Assembly: GCA_036338595.1 (NCBI GenBank)
Contig: JAYZBV010000049.1
Location: forward strand, 1-31,759
Direction of reading: 5' to 3'
DNA: 31,759 nt
Source of the DNA: Planctomycetota bacterium
Lineage (GTDB): Bacteria; Planctomycetota; UBA8108; UBA1146
Position numbers and translations under genes: made by a program. How positions within the stretch are numbered: position 1 is the stretch's first letter; every line of letters begins with the position of its first letter. Under the pieces are notes generated by a model, which saw only the letters and a list, made by a program, of their open reading frames with translations, did no database searches and had not been told where the DNA came from. Below are positions 1-8,822 of this stretch, in pieces.

Positions 1-66
1 CGCTTGCTCACCTGTGAGGAGATGCGTGAACTGCTCACTTCGGAATCCGTGCCGCCCCAGAAGTAG
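1..66 (+). CDS. Possible 3' end of an upstream gene (partial, RLLTCEEMRELLTSESVPPQK*)
   Basis: Frame 1 is open from the window edge to TAG at 64-66; too short to identify. Confidence 0.35.
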   Translation, partial: RLLTCEEMRELLTSESVPPQK

Positions 67-196
67 TGGCTGCTGATCGCTTCAGCCTGCTGATTCTGTG
101 CCATCCCTGCATTTGCAGGGTAAAATACCCTGTGGGATCAACTGTTCCCCCCACAGCAACACCCACGAGCAACTGATGCGGAAGGATCCGATCGAG

Positions 197-2131
197 ATGG
201 CCAGGCAGTCGATACTGATACTGATGCTGATGCTGATGTTTCCAGCAACAGACCTGCCTGCCCAGGGGCTGCCGATCCCGACCACGCTCGAGGACTGGCT
301 CCAGCCCGGTACACAGCCCGGCACCCTGCTCGAACCGATCATCGCCGGCAGTGCTTGCAACCTGTGCCATTCATCGTTTGGCACTGCTCCCGTCGATCGC
401 TGGAGGAGCAGCATCATGGCCCAGGCAGGTCGAGATCCGCTGTTTCATGCCTGCCTTGCCATCGCAGAACAAGATGCGGGAGCCGCCGGCGACCTGTGCC
501 TTCGCTGCCACACGCCCGGAGCCTGGCTCGCCGGAAACAGCGTCCCCACAGATGGCTCCGCCGTCAGTGGTGTCAATGACTTCGATGGTGTGACCTGTAA
601 TCTGTGCCACCGGATGATCGATCCCATCTACACGCCGGGACAGAGTCCCGGCATCGATCTGGGAATTCTCAACGACCTCGACGAGATCCCCAGTCCTCAA
701 CACACCGGGCAGTACGTGATCGATCCCCAGGATCGTAGACGAGGACCCTACAATCTCGGTGGCGGATTCCAGTTCCATCCTGCCTTGATGTCGCCGTTTC
801 ACCATTCATCAGGACTGTGTCGCACCTGCCACGATGTTTCCAACCCGGCGTATATCCGTCAGGGAAGCGAGTATGTTCTGCTCGATCTCAACGCCCCTCA
901 TCCGACCCACGATCCCGCCGATGAATTCCCGCTGGAACGGACCTATTCCGAATGGAGCCAGAGCGACTTCGGTCAGGGACCGGTCAACATGGGCGGGCGA
1001 TTCGGAGGCAACAATCCCAATGTCAGTACATGTCAGGATTGCCACATGCCGAGCACCAACGGGATCGGCTGCAACATGGGCGGTCCTTCGCGGCCAGATC
1101 TGGCATTGCACAACTTCTCTGGCACACACACATGGGTACTCGATGCGATTCATGCTCTGGATACTTCCTATCTCTTGTGGGACACGCCCGCCTACATGGA
1201 TCCGGTACAGATCGCCATCTCCAAGAACCTGAACGTCGATATGCTGGAAGCAGCCAGCGATCTCGAGGTCACGACAGAAAACGGACAGTTGAAGGTGAGG
1301 GTGATCAATCAGACGGGTCACAAGTTACCGACCGGCTATCCGGAGGGACGCAGGCTCTGGATCGAGGTCCGATTCCAGAGTGCTTTCGGAGATGTCCTGG
1401 CCCATCACGGCTCCTATGACTTTGACACGGCAATCCTCGAAGCCTCGACCACTACAGTGTTCGAGACCAAACACGGTATCTCGGGAATCACCTCTACCTT
1501 TTCGGGATTGCCGGAAGGGCCGTCCTTCCACTTCGCACTCAATAACAAGATCTTCAAGGACAACCGGATCCCGCCGCGTGGTTTTACCAATCTAGGTTTT
1601 GAATCGATACAGGCGGCACCTGTGGGCGAGACATACGAGGACGGACAGTACTGGCATGACAGCTTCTTCGACATTCCTGAGGGCGCATTTCTTCTCGATG
1701 TGAAAGTCTGGTACCAGACCGCTTCGAAGGAATACATCGAGTTCCTCAAGGACGAGAACATCACAAATGATGCCGGCGATATCCTGTTCGAGCAGTGGCT
1801 GCAGCAGGACAAGGGGCCGCCGGTGCTGATGGATGAACTGTCGATCGAGATCGGTATCGAGCCATTCGTCCGGGGAGATGTCAACGCAGATGGTGCCAAT
1901 GATATTTCCGATCCGATCAGTCTGCTCGGTTGGCTGTTCCTCGGTCAGGAGATCGGCTTCTGCCCGGTTGCTGCAGATGGCAATGATGATGGCTCTCTCA
2001 ACATCTCCGATGTCGTGTTCCTGCTGAACGCATTCTTCGGCGGAGGTCCACCACCCTCTGCTCCATGGCCCGATTGCGGACCAGATCCCACTCCCGACCT
2101 GCTTCGTTGCTACGGATATTTCTGCCCCTGA
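197..2131 (+). CDS. Secreted multiheme (5x CxxCH) cytochrome c with C-terminal dockerin-like domain
   Basis: Heme motifs CNLCH, CLRCH, CNLCH, CRTCH, CQDCH and a GHKLPTG motif typical of c554-like multiheme proteins. Signal peptide MARQSILILMLMLMFPATDLPA. C-terminal duplicated Ca-binding repeat GDVNADG..ISD / DGNDDGSLNISD. Start placed at ATG 197 after GAAGGA (the ORF track starts at GTG 98). Confidence 0.85.
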   Translation: MARQSILILMLMLMFPATDLPAQGLPIPTTLEDWLQPGTQPGTLLEPIIAGSACNLCHSSFGTAPVDRWRSSIMAQAGRDPLFHACLAIAEQDAGAAGDLCLRCHTPGAWLAGNSVPTDGSAVSGVNDFDGVTCNLCHRMIDPIYTPGQSPGIDLGILNDLDEIPSPQHTGQYVIDPQDRRRGPYNLGGGFQFHPALMSPFHHSSGLCRTCHDVSNPAYIRQGSEYVLLDLNAPHPTHDPADEFPLERTYSEWSQSDFGQGPVNMGGRFGGNNPNVSTCQDCHMPSTNGIGCNMGGPSRPDLALHNFSGTHTWVLDAIHALDTSYLLWDTPAYMDPVQIAISKNLNVDMLEAASDLEVTTENGQLKVRVINQTGHKLPTGYPEGRRLWIEVRFQSAFGDVLAHHGSYDFDTAILEASTTTVFETKHGISGITSTFSGLPEGPSFHFALNNKIFKDNRIPPRGFTNLGFESIQAAPVGETYEDGQYWHDSFFDIPEGAFLLDVKVWYQTASKEYIEFLKDENITNDAGDILFEQWLQQDKGPPVLMDELSIEIGIEPFVRGDVNADGANDISDPISLLGWLFLGQEIGFCPVAADGNDDGSLNISDVVFLLNAFFGGGPPPSAPWPDCGPDPTPDLLRCYGYFCP

Positions 2132-2242
2132 AAGACGACCTTCCCGGTGTGTGCTTCAGCTCATCTCCAGTGCAATTGGCATGGTGTCATCGGCTGTACT
2201 GATGGATAGTGAGTCTCTGTGATAACTCGTCTATCACCCTGA

Positions 2243-2950
2243 ATGGAAGTGAGCCCGTTGACGAACTTCTGGCGCACACTGCTGCCGCTGATTCTGCTGA
2301 CAGCACTCATCATCATCATCTGGCCCACCGAACCTCTCGATTTCGGCTCGAGCAGTCCATGGGATGGGCTCGTGATCCTCGTCGAGGACATGAACCACAC
2401 CGGTACCGACATCGAACCGCCGCTGCTCCTGATTGCCTCGATTCCTGCGACCGATGCTCAGGGTCAGTCCTGCTCTCTCATCATCGGCACCGCGGTCACG
2501 GATGGTTCCGACCCGCTTCCGCTATTGCTTTCCGGGGAAACCGATGCCTTGAGACTTCAACGGATTCAGCTGGTGGACAAACCCATCGAGTTATTCAGAT
2601 CGATTCGGGGCGAACTGCGCGCCTTCCCCGTTCGCGAAGATCTTCAGCCAGAACTTCTGGTGGGTGGAATCCTGCTCGGTCAGAAGGTTACACCTCCTGG
2701 CTCCATCGATGGTGGGCCACGAGACTCGATTGACATCGGAATCCCGCTGCTGTCGACACTCTTCGAAGCACGATGTGATCCGCAGGAACAACGCCGTTGG
2801 CGCAGCGAACGACACAATTTCAGGGAACTGTGGATTCGTGCAAGAGACGCCAAACCTCGACAACTGGAGGCCTTCATTCACGGCAGGGTCTCGATGAGCA
2901 AGGAGTTGAATCCCGGCAGAGACGCAGTGGTTCCCCGCAAGGGTCGCTGA
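2243..2950 (+). CDS. Hypothetical protein with a single N-terminal membrane anchor
   Basis: 235-aa ORF filling the gap between genes; hydrophobic stretch LLPLILLTALIIIIW; ends 12 bp before E1 alpha; no recognised motif. Confidence 0.65.
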   Translation: MEVSPLTNFWRTLLPLILLTALIIIIWPTEPLDFGSSSPWDGLVILVEDMNHTGTDIEPPLLLIASIPATDAQGQSCSLIIGTAVTDGSDPLPLLLSGETDALRLQRIQLVDKPIELFRSIRGELRAFPVREDLQPELLVGGILLGQKVTPPGSIDGGPRDSIDIGIPLLSTLFEARCDPQEQRRWRSERHNFRELWIRARDAKPRQLEAFIHGRVSMSKELNPGRDAVVPRKGR

Positions 2951-2962
2951 TACCATCCCTGC

Positions 2963-4090
2963 ATGGCCGATCATGCCCGCAGATCCTCTCTCTCAGATGA
3001 AAAGGCCTCGGCCGAGAGCCCGGGTTCCGAACGAGAACCCATTGTCTCGGCCCATGACTCGCTTCGTGAGATGCATGCATACATGCGCCTTGCCAGGGAG
3101 TGGGATCTGAGGTTTGAGAAGATGTTCCGGACCGGTGCACTTTCGAAGTGGTACTCCTCTGTCGGCAACGAGGCGACCACCGTGGCAGCCGCCTGCGCCA
3201 TCGAGGCTGGAGATGCTCTACTGACACTTCACCGTGACTCCGGGGCGATATTGCGCCACTACCTCGACATTCACGAGATCCTCCCCGACCTGATTCCTGA
3301 AACCAGTTCGGGTAGGAAGCCGGTCGGTGGAAATTCTCGGGATCGGTTTCTTCGCCTGGCGTGCCAGATGCTGGGTAGAGAGCACGGCTTCTCGGCGGGT
3401 CATGAACGTTCCTATCATTACAATCTGATCGAGGAGCAGCTCGGCCTGATTCACATCGGCATGATCAGTCACCTCGGCTCGATGATCCCCGTCGCAGCTG
3501 GAACCGCTTTCGCCTTCCAGCAGCAAGGCAGTCATCAGGTGGCGCTCAACTTCATCGGCGAGGGTGCCACTTCAACGGGTGATTTCCACGAGGCTCTCAA
3601 CATCGCTTCTGTCTGGAAATTGCCCTTCATCCTGGTCATCGAGAATAATCGCTGGGCATTCTCCACGCCCACTTCCCAGCAGTACGCCTGCCATCGACTT
3701 GCAGATCGAGGCAAGGCGTATGGCATCCCCGGAGTACAGGTCGACGGAAACGACCCCGAGGCCGTTCTCGATGTCATGTGTAGCGCAGTCGACCGTGCCA
3801 GAGCGGGAGAGGGACCCACACTCATCGAGGCGATGCTCGGACGCCATCGCGGCCACTCCGAGGGGGATGACTCTCTCGACCAGGTTCCTGCAGATGAACA
3901 AGTTGGGTATTCGAGCCAGGATCCGCTCGATCTGGTGGAAGAGAAGCTAGTCGATCACTCCGCCTTGTCTGTCAGCGACCTCGCTGAGATTCGCAACCGC
4001 TGCGCCTCTCTGGTGATGGTGCTCGTGGATGAAGCGATGTCGATGCCTCAACCGGACCCCGATTCGATGCGGAGGATCCATGCCGACTGA
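2963..4090 (+). CDS. Thiamine-diphosphate-dependent 2-oxoacid dehydrogenase E1 alpha subunit (branched-chain/pyruvate-type)
   Basis: ThDP-binding motif GEGATSTGDFHEALN...VIENN, the GEGPTLIEA motif and the RHRGHSEGDD active-site loop. Confidence 0.92.
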   Translation: MADHARRSSLSDEKASAESPGSEREPIVSAHDSLREMHAYMRLAREWDLRFEKMFRTGALSKWYSSVGNEATTVAAACAIEAGDALLTLHRDSGAILRHYLDIHEILPDLIPETSSGRKPVGGNSRDRFLRLACQMLGREHGFSAGHERSYHYNLIEEQLGLIHIGMISHLGSMIPVAAGTAFAFQQQGSHQVALNFIGEGATSTGDFHEALNIASVWKLPFILVIENNRWAFSTPTSQQYACHRLADRGKAYGIPGVQVDGNDPEAVLDVMCSAVDRARAGEGPTLIEAMLGRHRGHSEGDDSLDQVPADEQVGYSSQDPLDLVEEKLVDHSALSVSDLAEIRNRCASLVMVLVDEAMSMPQPDPDSMRRIHAD

Positions 4091-5081
4091 TTCCTCCATC
4101 GACCAGACCGAAGTCCTCTTTATCGATGCCATCAGCGAGGCACTCAGAGACGAGATGCGGGCCGATCCATCGGTGGTCTTGATGGGACAGGATATTGCGG
4201 GTCACGGTGGGGCTTTCAAGATCACCAGGGGATTTGTTGATGAATTCGGTGATCAACGGATTCGCAATACACCCATCGCAGAGAGCGGCACGATTGGCAT
4301 CGCTACCGGAGCAGCGATGCTGGGTATCAAGCCAGTCATCGAGATGCAGTTCGCAGATTTCATTTCCTGCGGTTTCAATCAGCTCGTAAATGTATCTGCC
4401 AAGATGTTCTGGAGAACTGAAACTCCGGTGCCGATGGTCATCCGTCTACCCGGTGGAGGTGGAATGGGAGCCGGTGCATTTCACTCACAGAACATCGAAG
4501 CGTGGTTCCTGCACACTCCGGGGCTGAAGGTGGTCACACCAGCCTTCTCAGGTGACGCATACCGACTGCTTCGCGCAGCCATCCGAGATCCCAATCCTGT
4601 GCTTTATTTCGAACACAAATTTCTCTACCGACGAGAACGATCTTCCATCGTCAAGAACACCTGCCCCGACCGAATCGCTGCTGAATCCAATGTGCTGCGG
4701 GCAGGAATGGATATCACGGTCATCACATGGGGCTGGATGACCCACCGCACCCTCGAAGCGGCAGCACTCCTCGCCGAGGAGGGTATCGAGATCGAGGTGA
4801 TTGACCTTCCGGTTCTGTGCCCACTCGACATCGCAACCATCCTGGAGTCTGTTGAGAGGACCAACCGTGTCGCCATCGTCCATGAAGCCACTTCTACATG
4901 TGGTTTCGGTGCCGAGATCGCTGCGCAAATCTGCGAAGATGCCATCTGGACACTGGATGCACCGGTACTGCGAATCGCCTATCCCGACAGTCCTTCGCCT
5001 TTTCATAAGGACCTGGAAGCGGCTCGGATCCCATCCCCGGAGCAAATCTGCTCCGAATTGAGGCAACTGAAGAGGCAATGA
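4080..5081 (+). CDS. 2-oxoacid dehydrogenase E1 beta subunit
   Basis: MGQDI..GGAFKITRG, NTPIAESG, EMQFADF, FHSQ, DPNPVLYFEHK motifs. Start at ATG 4080 after GGAGGA, overlapping the end of E1 alpha. Confidence 0.92.
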   Translation: MPTDSSIDQTEVLFIDAISEALRDEMRADPSVVLMGQDIAGHGGAFKITRGFVDEFGDQRIRNTPIAESGTIGIATGAAMLGIKPVIEMQFADFISCGFNQLVNVSAKMFWRTETPVPMVIRLPGGGGMGAGAFHSQNIEAWFLHTPGLKVVTPAFSGDAYRLLRAAIRDPNPVLYFEHKFLYRRERSSIVKNTCPDRIAAESNVLRAGMDITVITWGWMTHRTLEAAALLAEEGIEIEVIDLPVLCPLDIATILESVERTNRVAIVHEATSTCGFGAEIAAQICEDAIWTLDAPVLRIAYPDSPSPFHKDLEAARIPSPEQICSELRQLKRQ

Positions 5082-5408
5082 GCGGATCCATTCCGCAGTC
5101 GGTCCCATCGAAAAAATCAGTCCAGTTTTCCTGTCCGATGGTTGCCGGATTCCGGATCCTCTTGCCAGGGGAGATTGAGGCATCGCCCAGCCTCGAAAAA
5201 CTACATGCAAGATCAAAAATGTCGTGAACGCTTCGAGCAGAAGCCGATTCATGGTGAGTTTCTGGATCACCTGCTTTGGCAAGGCTTGGGGTTCGAGGAG
5301 CAGTTCGGTGTCACCTTCTTCCAGGAGCAACTGAAGGATGACCTATCAATACCGGAGAGCAGTTCGGAAAAGACCTCGATCACCCGCCCTGACGATCTGG
5401 ACCCTTGA
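5078..5408 (+). pseudogene. Small hypothetical gene, apparently split by a 1-nt frameshift
   Basis: ATG 5078 overlaps the E1 beta stop (ATGA) and opens a 49-aa ORF. Removing one A from the A5 run at 5196-5200 joins it to the frame ending at TGA 5408 (~109 aa). Confidence 0.35.
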
Positions 5409-7005
5409 GCGAGATACCGTGCTTCTGCATGCGGCGATAAAGCGTTCGCCTTGAGATCCCAAGGGTCTGACACGCCTCCGACTTGTTTCCGCCAGATTGA
5501 TCCAGAGCCCTGAGGATCACTTCTCGCTCGGCTCTACCGAGTACATCCTTGACGCCTACCTTGACCTCTCCCCCTCGCTGGAGACTACCTCCCAGCAACT
5601 CCTGCATCGCGGCTCCGTCGATTTGACGGAGTCCTGAAGCGCAGATTCTTCTGGCCAGATGGATGGCATCCCAACCATTTCCAGGCCAGTGATGAGAGAG
5701 TAACAAGGCCTGAGCATCTGCGAGCAATCGAGGGGGTTTGCTCATCTCATCTTCGAGGTATTGATCGATGATCATCAATGAGTCTTCAGGTCGCTCTCGA
5801 AACGGCGGCAGCTGAATCTCGAATCCCGCCAGGCGGAACTGCAGTTCCTGGCGGATCCCAGCACCGTGCTTGATCGCGGATGCACAGGCGAGAATTCGGA
5901 AATCTGCCACCAGTTCTTCGGAACCTGCAACTCTCCTGTATCTGCCCGACTCGATGACTCTGAGCAATGCTGCTTGAAGTGCTGGTGACCCCTCATCGAT
6001 GGCATCGAGTAGCAGAGTGCCCCCAGCAGCGCGGTCTATCAGCCCTTCCCGCTCCTGATGCGCATCGGTGAAGGCGCCTTTTTCGTTTCCAAAGAGCTCG
6101 ATCTCCACGAGTGATTCCGTGACCGTTCCACAGTGGAGCACGACCAGTTCGGTATTGCTGCCGCTGGCCTGGTGGATGGCCCGAGCCAGCAGTTCCTTTC
6201 CTGTCCCGCTCTCTCCTTCGATGAGCACAGGTATCTTCGTGGGAGCTATTCGCTTCAACTCTTCGATCGGTTTCTTCAGTAAAGCGGAGTGAGTGGTGAA
6301 ATCTCCGATCTTGCTCAATACGGGTTCGTTGGGAGCCTGGATCGACTCGATCGGTTTGCTGGGTTCTTCAACGACATCTGCTGGCTGTACGACCGATACA
6401 GTCTTCATTCGAAGGAGATCCAGTTCCAGCAGCGATCCGATCAACGAGACCACCAGTGCTTGATTGGCATCGAGTTCCGCATCGCCTGGCCCATCGCCAA
6501 ATCTCGAATCAATGTAGATGGAGGTCATGTCCGGCTGGTTTACCAGTGGTATCACGAGGATCCACTGCGCCCTTTGCACCCCATCAGTCTCCGAGGGAGT
6601 TCGCATCCTTCGATCGAGGTGAGAGTCTCGAAACAGCACCGGTACAGAACTGTGACAACCTTGCTCGAATGCATGGTGAGAGATGGTGGTGTCTGCGTTG
6701 GCGATCTTTCGTCCATCGGCGTTGCGTGAACTCCAGACATGATAGTTGCCGTTTTCACCACAACTGACCACCATCCCTCGCTGCGCTGCCAAACTGCTCT
6801 GGAGCCAGCCGAGAAGAGAAGGAACTGCCTGGAGAGAGGCTCTTTCGCCCTTCTTCGGGAGAAAAACACCTGCAATCAAAGTCAGTAAGTCTTCATCGGG
6901 ATTGGTCATGGCATCTCGATGGTAGGCGACGAGAGAGGGCTGATCGAGTACCACGATCTCGATCCAACCTGGATCCGGGTCAGCTGCGGGCTTGTCCCTC
7001 ACCAA
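5380..7005 (-). CDS. Sigma54-interaction (NtrC-like AAA+) transcriptional regulator with Fis-type HTH; degenerate catalytic motifs
   Basis: Walker A GESGTGKE, ELFGNEKGAFTDA, WPGN, and C-terminal GNKSEACQTLGISRRTLYRRM. Start uncertain (TTG 7005, GTG 7002 or ATG 6909). Confidence 0.88.
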   Translation of the reverse strand: MVRDKPAADPDPGWIEIVVLDQPSLVAYHRDAMTNPDEDLLTLIAGVFLPKKGERASLQAVPSLLGWLQSSLAAQRGMVVSCGENGNYHVWSSRNADGRKIANADTTISHHAFEQGCHSSVPVLFRDSHLDRRMRTPSETDGVQRAQWILVIPLVNQPDMTSIYIDSRFGDGPGDAELDANQALVVSLIGSLLELDLLRMKTVSVVQPADVVEEPSKPIESIQAPNEPVLSKIGDFTTHSALLKKPIEELKRIAPTKIPVLIEGESGTGKELLARAIHQASGSNTELVVLHCGTVTESLVEIELFGNEKGAFTDAHQEREGLIDRAAGGTLLLDAIDEGSPALQAALLRVIESGRYRRVAGSEELVADFRILACASAIKHGAGIRQELQFRLAGFEIQLPPFRERPEDSLMIIDQYLEDEMSKPPRLLADAQALLLSHHWPGNGWDAIHLARRICASGLRQIDGAAMQELLGGSLQRGGEVKVGVKDVLGRAEREVILRALDQSGGNKSEACQTLGISRRTLYRRMQKHGISLKGPDRQGG

Positions 7006-7828
7006 TGATGCGTGTCAACAGGCTCTGAATGTACTCATGACCGACAGGGCGCAGCAATCTGACGGAGTCGCCTCTCGCCTGGACGCGCAGTTCCTCGATA
7101 TCAGAGAAGGACTCTCCGTCAACAACTACCCTGATCGGTCTCTTCTTACCTCCCTCGCCGACGACACGGATCGTCGTATCGAGCGGCAACACGACCGGAA
7201 ACTGCAGCGAATGAAACTGAACCGGACGATGAGCATTGAGTGGCGTGACGATCACGCCCTCCACCTCTGGATGCACCACGGGTCCCCCTGCAGCGAGTGA
7301 GTACGCTGTCGATCCTGCAGGTGTGGAGATGACAAGCCCGTCTCCGGAATAAGCATTGAGAAATACCTCATCGATATAGACCCCCAGGTGGACCGTCTGA
7401 CCCGAGTCGCGTTCCAGAACGATGTCATTGATCCCTGCTGCACTTCCCAACTTCTGAGAACCCGAGGAGGTCCAACTCGCTTCCAGAACTGGAAGTCGTT
7501 GTTCGACGAACTTTCCTCCCAGCACGGTATCGACCAGATCAGCTGGATCTTGCCTCGGATTCATCAGGAACCCTACCCGACCAAAATTGACACCGAAAAT
7601 CGGAACCTGAGGATGGTGGAGTGAACGAAGTAACGACATCAGAGAGCCATCACCACCGATCACGATGACAAGATCATCTGTGATTTCCGGTGCAGTCGAA
7701 CCATTTGGAGACCAGATGCGGCAATGAACCCCCCCGTTCTCCAGAGAACTCGAAACCTCCGAGATGAAGTGGTCGATCTCATCTGTCGAGGTATCAGCAG
7801 CGATGAGGATTTGACTCGGTTTTTTCAC
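6980..7828 (-). CDS. nadK: NAD(+) kinase
   Basis: GGDGS, GVNFGRVGFL, IND and GDGLVISTPAGSTAYSLAAGGP signatures; GTG start with GGAGG RBS. Confidence 0.93.
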   Translation of the reverse strand: MKKPSQILIAADTSTDEIDHFISEVSSSLENGGVHCRIWSPNGSTAPEITDDLVIVIGGDGSLMSLLRSLHHPQVPIFGVNFGRVGFLMNPRQDPADLVDTVLGGKFVEQRLPVLEASWTSSGSQKLGSAAGINDIVLERDSGQTVHLGVYIDEVFLNAYSGDGLVISTPAGSTAYSLAAGGPVVHPEVEGVIVTPLNAHRPVQFHSLQFPVVLPLDTTIRVVGEGGKKRPIRVVVDGESFSDIEELRVQARGDSVRLLRPVGHEYIQSLLTRIIGEGQARS

Positions 7829-7850
7829 GAGAAGTCCTCCTCGACCAGTG

Positions 7851-8822
7851 CTACTGGCGGATGATCGATTCGCCTTCGGCAGATCTCAGGGCTTTTTCGA
7901 AGTATGGAATGGTGAGAACGAGGCCCTCTTTCAGCGACACCTGAGGCGACCAGTTCAGCAGGGCCTTGGCGCGGGAAATGTCGGGCTGTCGCACTTGCGG
8001 ATCATCTTCTGGAAGCGGGAAGTGCTCGATCTTGCTGTTTGAACCGGTCGCCGAGATGACTTCATTGGCGAATCCGGTGATTGGAATCTCATCTGGATTA
8101 CCCAGATTGACGGGTTCCGTGACGTCGGATTCAAGAAGTCGATAGATCCCCTCGACGAGATCACTGACATGGCAGAAGGAGCGAGTCTGAGATCCATCTC
8201 CGAAGACAGTGATGGGTTCCTCGCGAAGCGCCTGGCAAATGAAGTTTGGCAACGCCCTGCCATCGTTGAGTCTCATCCTGGGTCCGTATGTGTTGAAGAT
8301 TCTCACGATACGTGTGTCAACTCCGTGAGTTCGATGATAGGCAAGCGTCATCGCCTCGGCAAATCGCTTCGCTTCATCATATACACCTCGTACTCCGATG
8401 GGATTCACATTTCCCCAGTACGATTCAGGCTGTGGATGAACCAGTGGATCTCCATATACCTCACTGGTGCTGGCAAGCAGGAACTTGGCCCCACAAGCTT
8501 TCGCCAATCCAAGCGCCTTGTGGGTTCCCAGTGAACCGACCTTCAGGGTCTGGATCGGGAATTCCTGGTAATCGATGGGGCTAGCCGGAGATGCGAAGTG
8601 AAGTATCGCGTCGATCTTGCCTGGAACATGGATGAACTGGGTAACGTCATGCCGGATGAAGGTAAATCTCTGATTCCCGATGAGGTGCTCGATATTGCGA
8701 ATGTCTCCCGTGAGAAGATTGTCCATCACCACGACATCGTAGTCTCGTTCGATGAACAGATCTGCTAGATGAGAGCCTATGAAGCCGGCTCCTCCGGTAA
8801 TGAGTACCTTACTGGCTACCAT
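7851..8822 (-). CDS. UDP-glucuronate decarboxylase (UDP-xylose synthase), SDR family
   Basis: [61 protein letters not shown]. Start likely ATG 8822 (alternative 8864). Confidence 0.92.
   Translation of the reverse strand: MVASKVLITGGAGFIGSHLADLFIERDYDVVVMDNLLTGDIRNIEHLIGNQRFTFIRHDVTQFIHVPGKIDAILHFASPASPIDYQEFPIQTLKVGSLGTHKALGLAKACGAKFLLASTSEVYGDPLVHPQPESYWGNVNPIGVRGVYDEAKRFAEAMTLAYHRTHGVDTRIVRIFNTYGPRMRLNDGRALPNFICQALREEPITVFGDGSQTRSFCHVSDLVEGIYRLLESDVTEPVNLGNPDEIPITGFANEVISATGSNSKIEHFPLPEDDPQVRQPDISRAKALLNWSPQVSLKEGLVLTIPYFEKALRSAEGESIIRQ

Noticed and set aside
211..238. Hexamer tandem repeat GATACT/GATGCT
   Set aside because: It encodes the hydrophobic ILILMLMLM signal-peptide core. The unit is a multiple of 3 and imperfect, so it is not a phase-variation switch
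4548..5330. 260-aa minus-strand ORF
   Set aside because: Mostly antisense to the well-supported E1 beta gene and has no motifs; a shadow ORF typical of GC-rich DNA
5079..5408. TGA readthrough (selenocysteine) extending E1 beta, since the same frame stays open after the stop
   Set aside because: E1 beta is already full length at this stop and I see no recognisable SECIS; a frameshifted separate ORF explains the open frame better
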